Of a stretch of DNA of 64,000 bases, positions 43,801 to 49,800 are shown piece after piece; position 1 is the first letter of the stretch; the number at the start of each line of letters is the position of its first letter. The notes beneath the pieces are model-generated. The model did not search any database. It was given only the letters and a program-made list of their open reading frames with translations, and was not told the DNA's origin. Origin of the DNA: Caecitellus pseudoparvulus (lineage: Eukaryota; Protista; Bigyra: Bicosoecida); contig CBFFRQ010000066.1 of assembly GCA_965644315.1 (NCBI GenBank), forward strand, positions 310,001 to 374,000, in the 5' to 3' direction. Both the position numbers and the translations under genes were made by a program.

Positions 43801-46068
43801 CGCGCCAACCCACACGTCCCCGCTCTCCATGGTTTCAAACATCGTCATCCACTCAACCTCGGCGCTTGATCGCATGGTCGCCAATTGTGAGCCGGCTTGT
43901 AGGATCTGACACTCTCGCTCGGCGTCATCCCGGGAGAGAGCCGCATCCGTCATGCGGAAGCACTTGTTGGACATGTACCCTCGCACCCACAAGGGGGGAC
44001 AGTCGCCGGCTGGAAGCCGGATTGAGCACAGTGCCTTGTCAGACAGGTGGGTACTCGCGCATTGCCGGGCAACGGCCGTGGTGCCTGACACGTCGTACCA
44101 AAGGCAGTCCTCTGAGAGGTCAGTGTCTGGACCAGAAGGGGACACCGCGTCAAAAAGAGGCCCGATGACGTTAGGTACCAGAATCTCACCAGCATTGCTG
44201 CCATCGACCCACTGAAATGCCTTGGGGCCTGTTGGGGTGGACAGCTGTGCGCCAATCCAAGGCTTCGTTCCAGGCAGCACACCCGGCAAGCCCAAGGCAA
44301 TGGACAAGTCAGCTTCGGATGCACCGACAGTGAGGAGATCTGCCTTGGCCAGCACCTCTTTGTTGGTGGCAATGTCTTCCAGTTGACAAGCTAGCCGCGC
44401 CTCTTGAGCTGTGCTGGCTCCAGCTAGGGTGATGACCTTGAAGCACCGCTGCTCCGGGTCCACCAAGCTGCCCGGAACCCAGGAGGAGGGGCAGTCCCCA
44501 CTTGGCCCAAGGTGAAACGCTGATGTAGGATCCACGTAGTCAGGCAGCGACTCGTCGAAGTACTCAACTGCGACTCCGTCAGCTCCAGCAGCACCATTTG
44601 GGTAGCTCGCCGCAGGTCCGCCGACGCCAGCGCTGCCCAGTGCGCAACTGACTGCATAAGCACTACCGGTAAGGGAGGTGGTGGACATAATGCACGTGCT
44701 GTGCCCGCCTCTGCCGGAGGCCCCAGCGCCACCGGCGCCCCCCGAGCCGCCGTGCCCACCAAGCCCACCATGGGAGGCATCTTGTTGGAACTCGTGAGCA
44801 AAATAAGGGCTCTCAGGCCCAGGCCCCCCACCTGAGCCGCCATTCCCACCACGTCCACCTTGGCCTCCATTGCCACCGGTTCCTACTTGAATGTCCACGT
44901 GCCAAACTCGCAGACCAGAGCCGCCGTGGACAAAGACGCCGATTGAAGAGCCGCCACTCTCACCTCCCCCACCGCTGCCGCCACCGTAGCCTCCACCCCC
45001 TCCACCGCTCCCGCCACCACCCAGGGAGTCACAACTACCAGCAACTCCGCGACTACCTCCGCCCCCTCCACCTCCTCCACTGCCGCACTGCCCTGTAACA
45101 CCATCCCCACCCCCTCCGGCAGCAAAGCCAGATGTGAAGAACAGACCCAACGGGGCGTCGGTCCCTCGAGACCCTTGAGCACCAGCGCTTCCAGATGCGC
45201 CATTGGCATCTGGACAAGAGAGGTTATCACCCCGATGAGGGCAAGGCGGGCCTCCTGAGCCGCCACCTGGGCCATTGCCGCTGTGGCCGCTGTTCATAGA
45301 GCTTCCTCCCCCTCCTCCATTGTTGCAGCCTGACCCACCGTGACCACCGGCAGGATAGCGAGTCCAACCTTCACATCCACCATAGTGATCATGCTCGCCT
45401 CCACCTTCGCCTCGGCCGCCCGATGACCCTGAGCCTCCGTTGCCACCATTCGAGCCAGCTGCACCATCAGAGCCGTCGTCGGCAGTGATGGTCAGATCGT
45501 GAAGGAGAACGTCAGTGCAGTCTCCCAGCACGACAGCTTGAGCAGAACGCCCATCATTTGAGCCATGCAGTGAAAAGCCATCCAGCACCACGTCAGTTTG
45601 GCTTGTGCAGCGCGCGGCAACTGGCTGGCCGGTCACACGCGACACATTTCCCGCCGGGTGACGGAGCGCAAAGTCCCGCGAGAACCCGCCGTACACGTAC
45701 ACGCCACCCTTCAGAGCAACCTCTTCGTGGTATTCACCAATAGCGACGAGGACAGGGGTATCAGCGGAGGCTTGGGCGATGGCAGCACTTAGCGTGCGCT
45801 TGGCAACGACGGGCGAACTGCCATCAAAGCCATCGTCCCCGTCCGGGGCCACGTAGATGGGGGCATCCAAGGTCAGGTACCGGCGATTTCCAGCACTCCA
45901 TGACTTGGACATCATGATGGGTGGTAGCCCAAGGGGTGAAGGCGGATGCAGCAGTCTTTTGGTCGGCTTGGCGAGAGCTGGTGAGGCTCCGCTGTCTCGG
46001 CCAGCCTCGTCCGCGAACGCCACGGCACTCAGCGCCATGAATGCAAAGAATGCGGTAAAAGCCTTCAT
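28891..46068 (-). CDS. Giant secreted mosaic lectin/adhesin-like protein (5,725 aa): beta-helix (DUF1565-like) and Gly-rich head, 7 CTLDs, 2 Gly-rich domains, Cys-rich repeats, 3 CTLDs, about 17 Ig/FN3-like repeats
   Basis: Uninterrupted 17-kb ORF. Signal peptide MKAFTAFFAFMALSAVAFA from ATG 46068. CTLD patterns CP.GW...C....A...C....LA...WIG/WVG/WLG...W...C...C. Repeats CDD.L.CT..D.C..G.C.G and D-T-(A/P)-P...W..F.D.ES....Y...GT..G. No C-terminal TM helix seen. Confidence 0.92.
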   Translation of the reverse strand: MKAFTAFFAFMALSAVAFADEAGRDSGASPALAKPTKRLLHPPSPLGLPPIMMSKSWSAGNRRYLTLDAPIYVAPDGDDGFDGSSPVVAKRTLSAAIAQASADTPVLVAIGEYHEEVALKGGVYVYGGFSRDFALRHPAGNVSRVTGQPVAARCTSQTDVVLDGFSLHGSNDGRSAQAVVLGDCTDVLLHDLTITADDGSDGAAGSNGGNGGSGSSGGRGEGGGEHDHYGGCEGWTRYPAGGHGGSGCNNGGGGGSSMNSGHSGNGPGGGSGGPPCPHRGDNLSCPDANGASGSAGAQGSRGTDAPLGLFFTSGFAAGGGGDGVTGQCGSGGGGGGGGSRGVAGSCDSLGGGGSGGGGGGYGGGSGGGGESGGSSIGVFVHGGSGLRVWHVDIQVGTGGNGGQGGRGGNGGSGGGPGPESPYFAHEFQQDASHGGLGGHGGSGGAGGAGASGRGGHSTCIMSTTSLTGSAYAVSCALGSAGVGGPAASYPNGAAGADGVAVEYFDESLPDYVDPTSAFHLGPSGDCPSSWVPGSLVDPEQRCFKVITLAGASTAQEARLACQLEDIATNKEVLAKADLLTVGASEADLSIALGLPGVLPGTKPWIGAQLSTPTGPKAFQWVDGSNAGEILVPNVIGPLFDAVSPSGPDTDLSEDCLWYDVSGTTAVARQCASTHLSDKALCSIRLPAGDCPPLWVRGYMSNKCFRMTDAALSRDDAERECQILQAGSQLATMRSSAEVEWMTMFETMESGDVWVGAQQVGSTEVWRWDANPVGAATGFSSGLDKDSVLLWDSPAWEAGAPNASESCVVVNTVTGKLGTRACSGAPDLRGMCTFDLADQEVHLREPCPVGFEPSPTDGRCYKLLTGAAVSESAAREACAEQAGASLAMGSSIAETQWMLDRVRQDLGTVRALGTALDTAVHLGTGVWTGWRRDASATSTFTRRWGGHMGMQVFEDASYPTGLGPWTAGFPEPVVSGHDCVVLGTNVRGARTVDCATEVAYPFCVWDEGRAKGATASRAALAEADVHVPQVAPQVLCPDGFVQSPLSGTCIRATHAHEPLTLQEARDVCRALHPNTRLLSWATGSEELDWLSSTFAADERHMSLWIDATAADPQAGASSGFFWPFAPSADAALDPTATVAGVAWDRRAGDSPRGPSITAFGVSVAVGREGTLIPKGPHDKANAALCAYLPGCPLGWQRHPLSGRCITMNAASTAAGHIKTLGDANAACQQGGGEIASPQGGTLPGMAGAVESSAWLRYTARGGLLTGAPVDFVVVGARYNTGASQWQWTNGDQVASGDWEAGEPQVATGHCAMMNATSGLLRAADCSVSPSVRTTYMCTRAALGCSVPSGASSSSIAFASPFTGQCFVLDPTASGESWSAASSTCASVDGAFLARIWDEEDSVWSNAMIAGILLNGQDAWLGLKTGSSSTRTWDDGNNDDVNTLPIVSAADNQCGYAKADERGGLRVDACSLNKMPLCSVASTCEPGWFWSPLSGSCVRGFLTSTDVASATSTCRDTHGGSLWTPSERLEVDLVAWRVFKNVQLGHVGAELLSPSEGWQFVDNTDPAFIASTLAAAATEPAKVHFGSLHGFCDSPGTCPNVEVADAATPHAVVNPRATALSTTEVLGKYSPSDNRFFFCEVVPPCASPAVRDGVYWFNTEPGHTCKWTVPAATSWLEVHAWGAGGAFSTDQDGFLSPELSHAEQHVPGGGGAYAGGYLQVSPGDTLFVQTGGLWSPWSFSQRGLEDKARASSGGSRSAVLDASAVGGAFDAQRELLVAGGGGGAGTGPGGAGGGTEGQTAPTLLEESGGDVTLVSGGVGGVNPASVTLLPQSASGGGGLAFSDTAHAAEDCTWGAPGGRHRQGVSACVEPSALRHGGGGGGGYIGGGAGASSHGIATGGGGGTSFLGPAIEYATMIPGYGALPGSVTSTMLGPGVGVGGLGLGSVAIHAIALAPLCPFRRSVAVQAPGTHLIRTPPGALAADVTAWGGGGGPSPQGLSDTSCVGGGGGAATARIRVTPDLQLSMSIGKVAEKYSVAPETHSFAFGPASSSWTVLSNGTSGLGMGFPWDLSTGQPRANRGAGGGAALYSTNPADSWLVAGGGGGGGGSIGPDARVCGAGGSGGGAAGTAGGAALTASGGTAGTGVQGGAGGVATTPLANLPGIGSRGRRGIGGSGAVQQCSPGVACVDYAADGGGGLWGGGGGAVAGDGRSGGGGGSGFFSIDFTISSTDRPGTPDPALTASSGSAPALQADEWRTALQAGELEQPGAMMVSFRCTECNDDDACSILDRNGERQCHAYHSDRPRDTPDDIHAQCFWCDPGGAGAFMLWTKKEATTTCDDELACTHSDQCSSAGTCQGTPYTTCNMYEFTLDEAKDCEVCDGTGGCSIKPGYGGSVVVRGPDKLCGCTINGVDYAHGDVNPSAPYCQYCDVVQDETAWTNRVDGLACDDSDLCTFDDTCTSGVCGGTGYTCDAQECHSSYVCNGLGSCDAVFYQLADEHMCGEKRINECRLSPICDDTAICVGYTAGQPTVPSFAEPGTVDLLWSSDHPHGLFTAEGAIEDPSPIVPVHSGMSIKLSDFGVSCDALSVSLGLAAISAESEAARCDTDLIDDTLGGRVPLQSCPSGWRLVSSRNSTNSRCIKFHADKADFAAAQTTCEAEGAWLFSSIEEPTLRVSAFAECFALDLDCWVGLQDATGSGAWELTQPTLGAGQLSSLPWASTFPPASPSVGGDAARFSSSLNDLTVQLTTAARSELHAFVCERAVFDCPAGFSPIVSSSGESTCARLTAGASTFTAADSECSTFGAVLASVSTSSPDALASLAAICPTGSECWLGTRKAGGVWFSQDWLPTGELWEGEEQSRLPWAAAEPDASGARVLLHADSRTLRAIPVSSTQQHHGICVSPVHVCPSGTQYVQQGVGQPACAKLQSSATWANAATACAATGGQLATPRTESEARQLRELCGSACWTSLNDGASPGIWAAAGSHRLPSDTSGLPWAAGEPALRVEGSCAELGAQSVLRAEQCGRSLPSLCLLPPEICPAGAFAEHTMQPAQSATQSWSSECKDVSTPANAVASTAAAAGASSSGGSWILRDALHAYSKATTHLAVDILASGYADLLPLSDVYFSVPPVVPMRPGGSYKWVAQYSTVGGDSVTACSPVFVVDTTRPLLAAGAGVREVDVSEYVFGDVSPDVDRDYTRRNVLSWQWNGFFDSESSRGGLLDYQFCVTRDHADVSSCSLVNTGSPTDTWIDVAPVAFFTFQTLAMVHASTYTVHMKASNRGGLFTILSSDNITYDNTAPVFNGLRDGVDCIAAGTGLPPLENNGDLTTCDIDYQNSPDQLHVHWPQWTEDASPIVHFTVGIGSVLGRPTDDIAQARIVPAGDLSTVFQLDYSIRSGTTVYTFITALNAAGLSTTRLSDGVMIDTIAPEASASVLAADVPGSLMQYGTFGDNPAAFDADSTPVLASAAADHLRVLVSFLDSESCLATCEASIGTDTVEDSFTPWTALSPEPGPQHGRCISSVPWRTQGSFSMPASGEVHAWVRCHDRAGNLIVAPPQLLAIEQSRPSTAAAYVNDINPLESLLHDTDGHSQLEVVASWGGWDAGDAVMVSYLWGVTTTPPPAGIDDLSTHPMDVLPLTFVGSNVTAASNPSVTSLVVGSTYYVVVRGVASNGLWADVASDGFVSDTTPPDATNAVVRDTATHGGPTVLHRPTQSTATASWSGFTEDVSSIVQYQYAIRWCGNGDPGLLDVRGWTDVTPATATSFTATGLAMQNGLEYCFQIRAVNPGGLVSAAVESAGAITDSTPPIPGVVYDGDVHGVSKRYTADDQSLTATWLYQDARLENGSWIHDAFYDPDSQVDHFECCAGTSAGACDTAAVITLPASATQCTLTPPVALVSGVQYFVTVTMYNRALVPVSVSSDGVVVDTSAPVLDGDIVLPNALVHAEYISSNDTVLVDWSAWRDDTDVHSRDPHQVLAFKWSIGIGAGDTSIMAQQDVGFATFAEASNLPLVPGQQYTITVVASAAEGAVSAVATAVFTPDTTAPVAQTVTVERPAHAPSALYVQSTSELEVRWAAFLDAEANPAHMSYFVAVGTSPYAANAKEYEDYGAALSASITGLSLTPGVQYFVSVVGENPSGLRAAVAALPVVADDTAPLPGSVFHASRSRFQTSTSAAKCAWERGQDPVSSIAAFDAQLMLQSSTGSLSPVSTIISVVASPDPAEQSADFSTSDGSLPVPLENQKKYVCSVTFINGAGLTTTAVSQPIAVVTSGPVGGVVLDGPATAQDADFLASCSVLRATWKDFSDASGIHSYAWWAGTSPGADDVLESEGRGEATWGSAQVTLPEGVQVFVTVQATNFAGLSSTVTSSGATCDESGPLGLDLVQVHSSVLLPIPVAAPTGRDTCLCSDEHAVFVPDFEHGGGGCFCGPGFVLNVTTSQCTACAAPACKPSIGNDAALCGTCPGSASDGMAVPSPPAFTPSIPPPITCPAGEVLNLVGACVACPLGTFKAGQGNEPALCLPCAQPTGATGISVAVDTRKIADGTSGVTDLVASTGHSLDGADANTTPLLVSSVPADVSVGGVWAPTVFVGASGRAVVSLVATNAAGLSTASRIVTRKYVTRRPTIGAVWDVALPAAELPLGAVAMVPPGIGTDAGYTANGTAFSMRWSQAVVEGSFIQKVECLWGTSPGSSDVGSAEVSRANLQFGTCSIRLVASAAVPQGTSVFGTIVAHAPSSVVSKASTGLVVDVTAPDALRVALGPACERGTDALFLPSARRVQACWVFLDTESGAAGFTFSAGLRDAATMAWIAEPVGTGRDSKVTFNLQTPLQDGQQVLVEVNATNAAGLVSSTRSAGATIQAQAPHVASLQVQPVGHGCQKATLGMQSSMTQLAVQWTIESAVALDGISLRVGSELWGGDVIAPYEVSSPGLNGSASWTDLALLSGHTYFVSMEATSAAGIVTRASTNVLIDGPLSTPIPGVVALALSDEAGEPLGGIWSGPRELGTAHRLTLGNALFEAAVPLAGDCLSAESSGRNTSQWSASLAGGFIDHVVISDASEGIVSATITPFTDPESGVREMAFAMLPLDGSNPAWQELGEAEWSGIGGHYVLQLPVAGLPAGHSVLLLRAVNGAGTPSTTPVSVFVTEPPTPAPVVLCGSDSNLAVSLPLAVHGAVLGSDDVLVHLPAWSLAGAPLASAEYSVQASGDTVTRVAQTWTAVTLSTDASACGACCADEGSLPFTPVLLDTSGLELAGSLVTVSVRVVDVLGREAMTASKPVLVDISPPAMGSVTIATSPAASSGFTVQFQPSLSLVGQVSTLTTGVLASLQSAVLEAEGSLHVLSAASSPLFVSADGWTDASGAPVQVRVAIGSMALGEGVASEVSLQSQPTELPLDFATAPDGPLWISITAEDSVGLATRAVGVVGTWDTSAPGMHPGATPRAFLLPSGSSSGTAQLSSDVFLQPEQLSAGLQLVLAGVSDPQSGLQALEVALSSVTTAGSLTSPAVLVWQAAATSPQSARIKVGRMAFEAVTGSFASPTLVVGGGAAPVELPAQSPPLISFNTVYPGEHGMVLNATVTAVSGSGSTVHLASTKVVVDGTPPVLAAGSIFNTAEHTHATCLIGGEGDTFHVTWAPAEDDESPVQEYEWCLGTDPASGVVDDVKACASVGMATHASALIHEESGLVWPGGRLLYVTVRARNAADLWSEASGPPARALCDPEASLECEEDSRHVVCMHIAESH

Positions 46069-46843
46069 GTTGCTTTCAATCAGGGCGCAGCTTTGGTCGT
46101 TGACCTCTGTGAAACACGCCAAGCGCGAAACAGATGGTTGGTGACACGAGGCTCATTGGGGACCGCGGCGGCCTGGGGAGCCGAGAAAATGACATGACTC
46201 GCATCAAGGCTCACCTGGACGACACGACTGCCTGGGTTGGAGTCCTGGGTGAGGAAGGCGCGACCTCGTGGTCTCAGCAAACGTTGCGAGAGCAATGTCA
46301 GCTGACAGGCCGCACTCAGCTCGACAAGCTGACACTCCCTCGGCAGGAATGGGCGCTATGAAAGCTTTCCAATGCACGGCAAGCAGGTGCAAGCCAGCAT
46401 GGGGGGCTTGTGTTTAAAGCTTGTGAGTCCGGAGGTGCAAGTGCAAGCGCTGTTCTTCAAGGTGCTGCAGCCCCCCCCCCCCCGCGTTGAATAGCGCGCT
46501 TGGAAACGCCGACAGTTTGGCAGGCTGGCGTTTCATTCTTCGGAGCTGCCTAGCTCAGTGAGCTTGGAGAGTTGGGATGAGCCTCGGGGGTAACACGTTT
46601 GGATCATGCATATCATGACTGTGATTGCTTGGGAAGGCATTGGGTGCCGTGCAGCAGCCAAATTGAGGGGCGGAGGGTGGTCGGTGTCGCAGACGCGCCG
46701 TTGATGCGCTCTGACACTAGACGCGGACGGGAAGCGACGCACTGCTGCGGTAGTCCAGCAGATCAGGTCATTTTCAAACCGCTTCCAGGCTCAACAGCCT
46801 CAACTTCGTTACTCTCTCTGCATTCGCCTTCCTCTGCTGTGCG
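46069..46843. promoter_or_regulatory. Probable bidirectional promoter region between the two giant genes
   Basis: 775 nt between divergent ATGs. Central C13 run at 46471-46483, GTGCAAG at about 46387, 46435 and 46441, and TTTAAA at about 46413. Confidence 0.5.
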
Positions 46844-49800
46844 ATGGGTGCGTTCTCCATCCTCGCAGTGGGAGCGGCAGTTGGCGCGGTTGGCGCTGCT
46901 TTCGCTCCGCCCCACTCTTCGCCCGGCTCTGTCTGGGAGTATGAGTGGACAACGCAGCTTCAAGACCCCTCCCGATCAACCAAGACACCTGGGCTTCAGG
47001 GTGAAGATGCCGGTTTGCGCTGCCGTGTTGTCCTGTCTGCGCCAGAGTCCTCGCTTCACGCACTGTCTGTGCGAGGATGCCGCTGGCTCAGAGCTGCTCC
47101 AGGAGGGGAGCTGCTCCCAGTCGGCGCCGACGCAGACAGCGTGCCGATCGAGACGGACTTCCACGAGCCCTTCTTGCTTGAGACGTTTGCGAATGGCTCC
47201 CTCTCTCACGTGTGGCACGCTGGAGAGTCGGTGGAGTCCCTGAACAAGTGCGTGATGCTTCAGTCAGCTGACACGGCCAACTAACCCGAGCAGCAGCCTT
47301 GCCGCGATAAGCTCACACACTCTCGCCCCGTCGCCGCTTTCGCAGCAAGAAAGGCCTCGCCTCGTCTCTTCACTACACGTTCACCCCCTCTGGTGAAGAG
47401 ACCACCACCGTGTGGGAGGGGGATGACATTGGCGGCGCATGGTGGCACTACACGCGCCGTTCTCGAACTGGCGGAGGCTGGGTGCTGACCAAGAGCGTGA
47501 GCCAAGATGACTATGCCGCAGGATACCTGCAAGAAGGAGCCTTTGTCAAGAAGCACTTCACCTACGAGCTCGATGAGCGGGGTAGGATGCTCAGCATGCA
47601 CGGGCACGCAGAGGTTGGCGGTGGTGCACTTCTAGGCGCCACGCGAACGAACCGGCCCGAGCTGCTGAAAGGCGAGACGGACATCATGGGGCACAGGGTG
47701 AAGATGCCTGGCATGCAGCAAGTTCGTACTCGGCACTTCTACATGTCTGCCTCACTAATCGCCGAGCACACTCATCAGCGCGCTGACGAAGGGCAGGCGC
47801 CGTGGATAGACGCCGTCGCAAGCGACGCCCTCCACTTCGTGCCGTTCAGCTTGGAGGAGGAAGCTGAAGGACTTCGGACCCGCCGCGTGCTGCAGATGTC
47901 ATCCACGCATCCTCTGCACGGCCGCCATCTGCAGAAGGAGCACCTGCACGCTGTAACGTCCGCCGAAAAGACCGCCAAGTTGGTTCCGCGGCACTTCCAA
48001 CCTCACGTAGACGCGGCACGAGAGGGAACCGAGACCCTCTCTCAATACCTGGAGTGCTTTGCTCGCATTTCCGACGCGAACTCGGCGGGCGGCCCCGATG
48101 AGGACGGGCATTCCATGGAGGACGACATCACCAAAGCGTCCCCAGCGCAGTGCAGCGTGCAGCTGAAGATTGTCATGGTGAACGTCCCAAGCATGCACAC
48201 CGATGTGATCGAGGCGTTGGGCGACCTGGACTTTCTGAAAGCTCTGCCGCCGCGAAGCTTCAACTCCCTGCTCATGGCAGCCACGCAAGTTGGTGATGCC
48301 GCCTGCCAGGCAGCCGTTTTGCCGCTGCTCCTTGTGTCAGGACTGCCGACAGAGGACGGCAACCCTGACAGCGGGCAGAATCACGTCGGGCTGGCTGTGA
48401 TGCAAATAGCCAACCCGACAGACGAAACAGTCACCACATTGCTGACTTTCCTTGAGCAAGAAGCCCTGGATTGGTACGCACGAGCCCGCATCTTGCTCGA
48501 CCTTGGCGCGCTGGCCTCGCGCCCATCGCTGTCCGACTCATCGAAGGCTGCCATCGCCGAAGCGCTGCATGACGAGTGGACTATCGTCTCATCACTTCAT
48601 GCAGCCCATGATGCTTTGTGGGAGGAGTTCCGAGACCAAGCTCGGGACCATTTGAGTGCTCTCCCGGAGGCCAACCGTCACCAAATGCTCCTCGGCATGC
48701 TGCACCTTGCGTCGCCCCTTGCCGCGCAAGAAGCGTGGGAGACAGCGGGACCAGGACAGCAAGCCAAGTGGGAAGATGATCTCATCGAGGCTGTGGCCCA
48801 TGAAATCAAGTCTTCCAAGGACTCGGCGCACATTGAGGCGGTTTCCTGGCGTGCTGCTCGACACGCCTGTCACGACAACTCGCAGCTCTTCCAGTCCAAG
48901 ATTTCCGTTGTGGCACAGAAGCACCCAAAGGCTTCGAAAGACAACATTGCACGCCTGGCGCGCCAAGTGTGCAAGGATGAAGCGCGCAAGGCTCTACTGG
49001 CAGGCGAAAGGCTGGACGACCTCCCCCGCGCTGCAGGCGCCCATCACCACGCGTCCTTTGGGCCCGGAGGCCGCCGCTTGCCCTCGGAAGGGCACCAGCT
49101 GATGACTGCACTGCCTGGCCTTGGACAGTCTGCCTCAAACCTTGGGATCATGATGCACGCGCTGGCCAACGCGAGGCTACCTGGCACGGAGCAGCACGTT
49201 CTGGACATGGTAACACATCGCCGGCGCCATGTCAGGACTCAGGCGCTAGCGGCGATTGAAACGTGGCCAGAGGCTGCCCAAGAAGCCGAACACCACTTCA
49301 GGCGCATCCTGTTGGACGAGGCATCCCACGATGGGGAGCGAGTTTCGGCGCTCTCAGCGTTGGAGACGCTGCCTGCCTTCAGCTTGTCAAGCGAGACAGT
49401 GCAAACTGCCGTGGCGTTGTTTGAAGCTGAGAGGTACAGGGACTGGCACGCCTGCATTCCAACGTGCATGTCGCACTGTATCCACATCCCTGCTGAGCGC
49501 TGCAACTCAACGTGCACTGCCAAGTGCGAGGTTGAGCTGAACTTGCACGTTGGGGTCGCTCGCGTGCTGGCTAGGCACCTGCCCCACCCTGACATCGACC
49601 ACCCAGTCGAAACCATGGAGAAAGCTGTCGTTCCCAGCATGTTGGGCCCCAATGCTAGGGCTCTTGCCTTGCGGGGTGTGAGCTCAGCGCTGGGTGTGCA
49701 AAGCAGCCGAGCCCTCGCTGACTCGTTGAGCTCAACCCTGCCGAAGCGCAGGCAGCTTCGAAACTTTTGGGACGCCATTGCTGAGCGGCTGGCACCGGAG

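Noticed and set aside
46069-46122. TTG start for the 5,743-aa ORF
   Set aside because: Eukaryotic locus; ATG 46068 begins a clear signal peptide.
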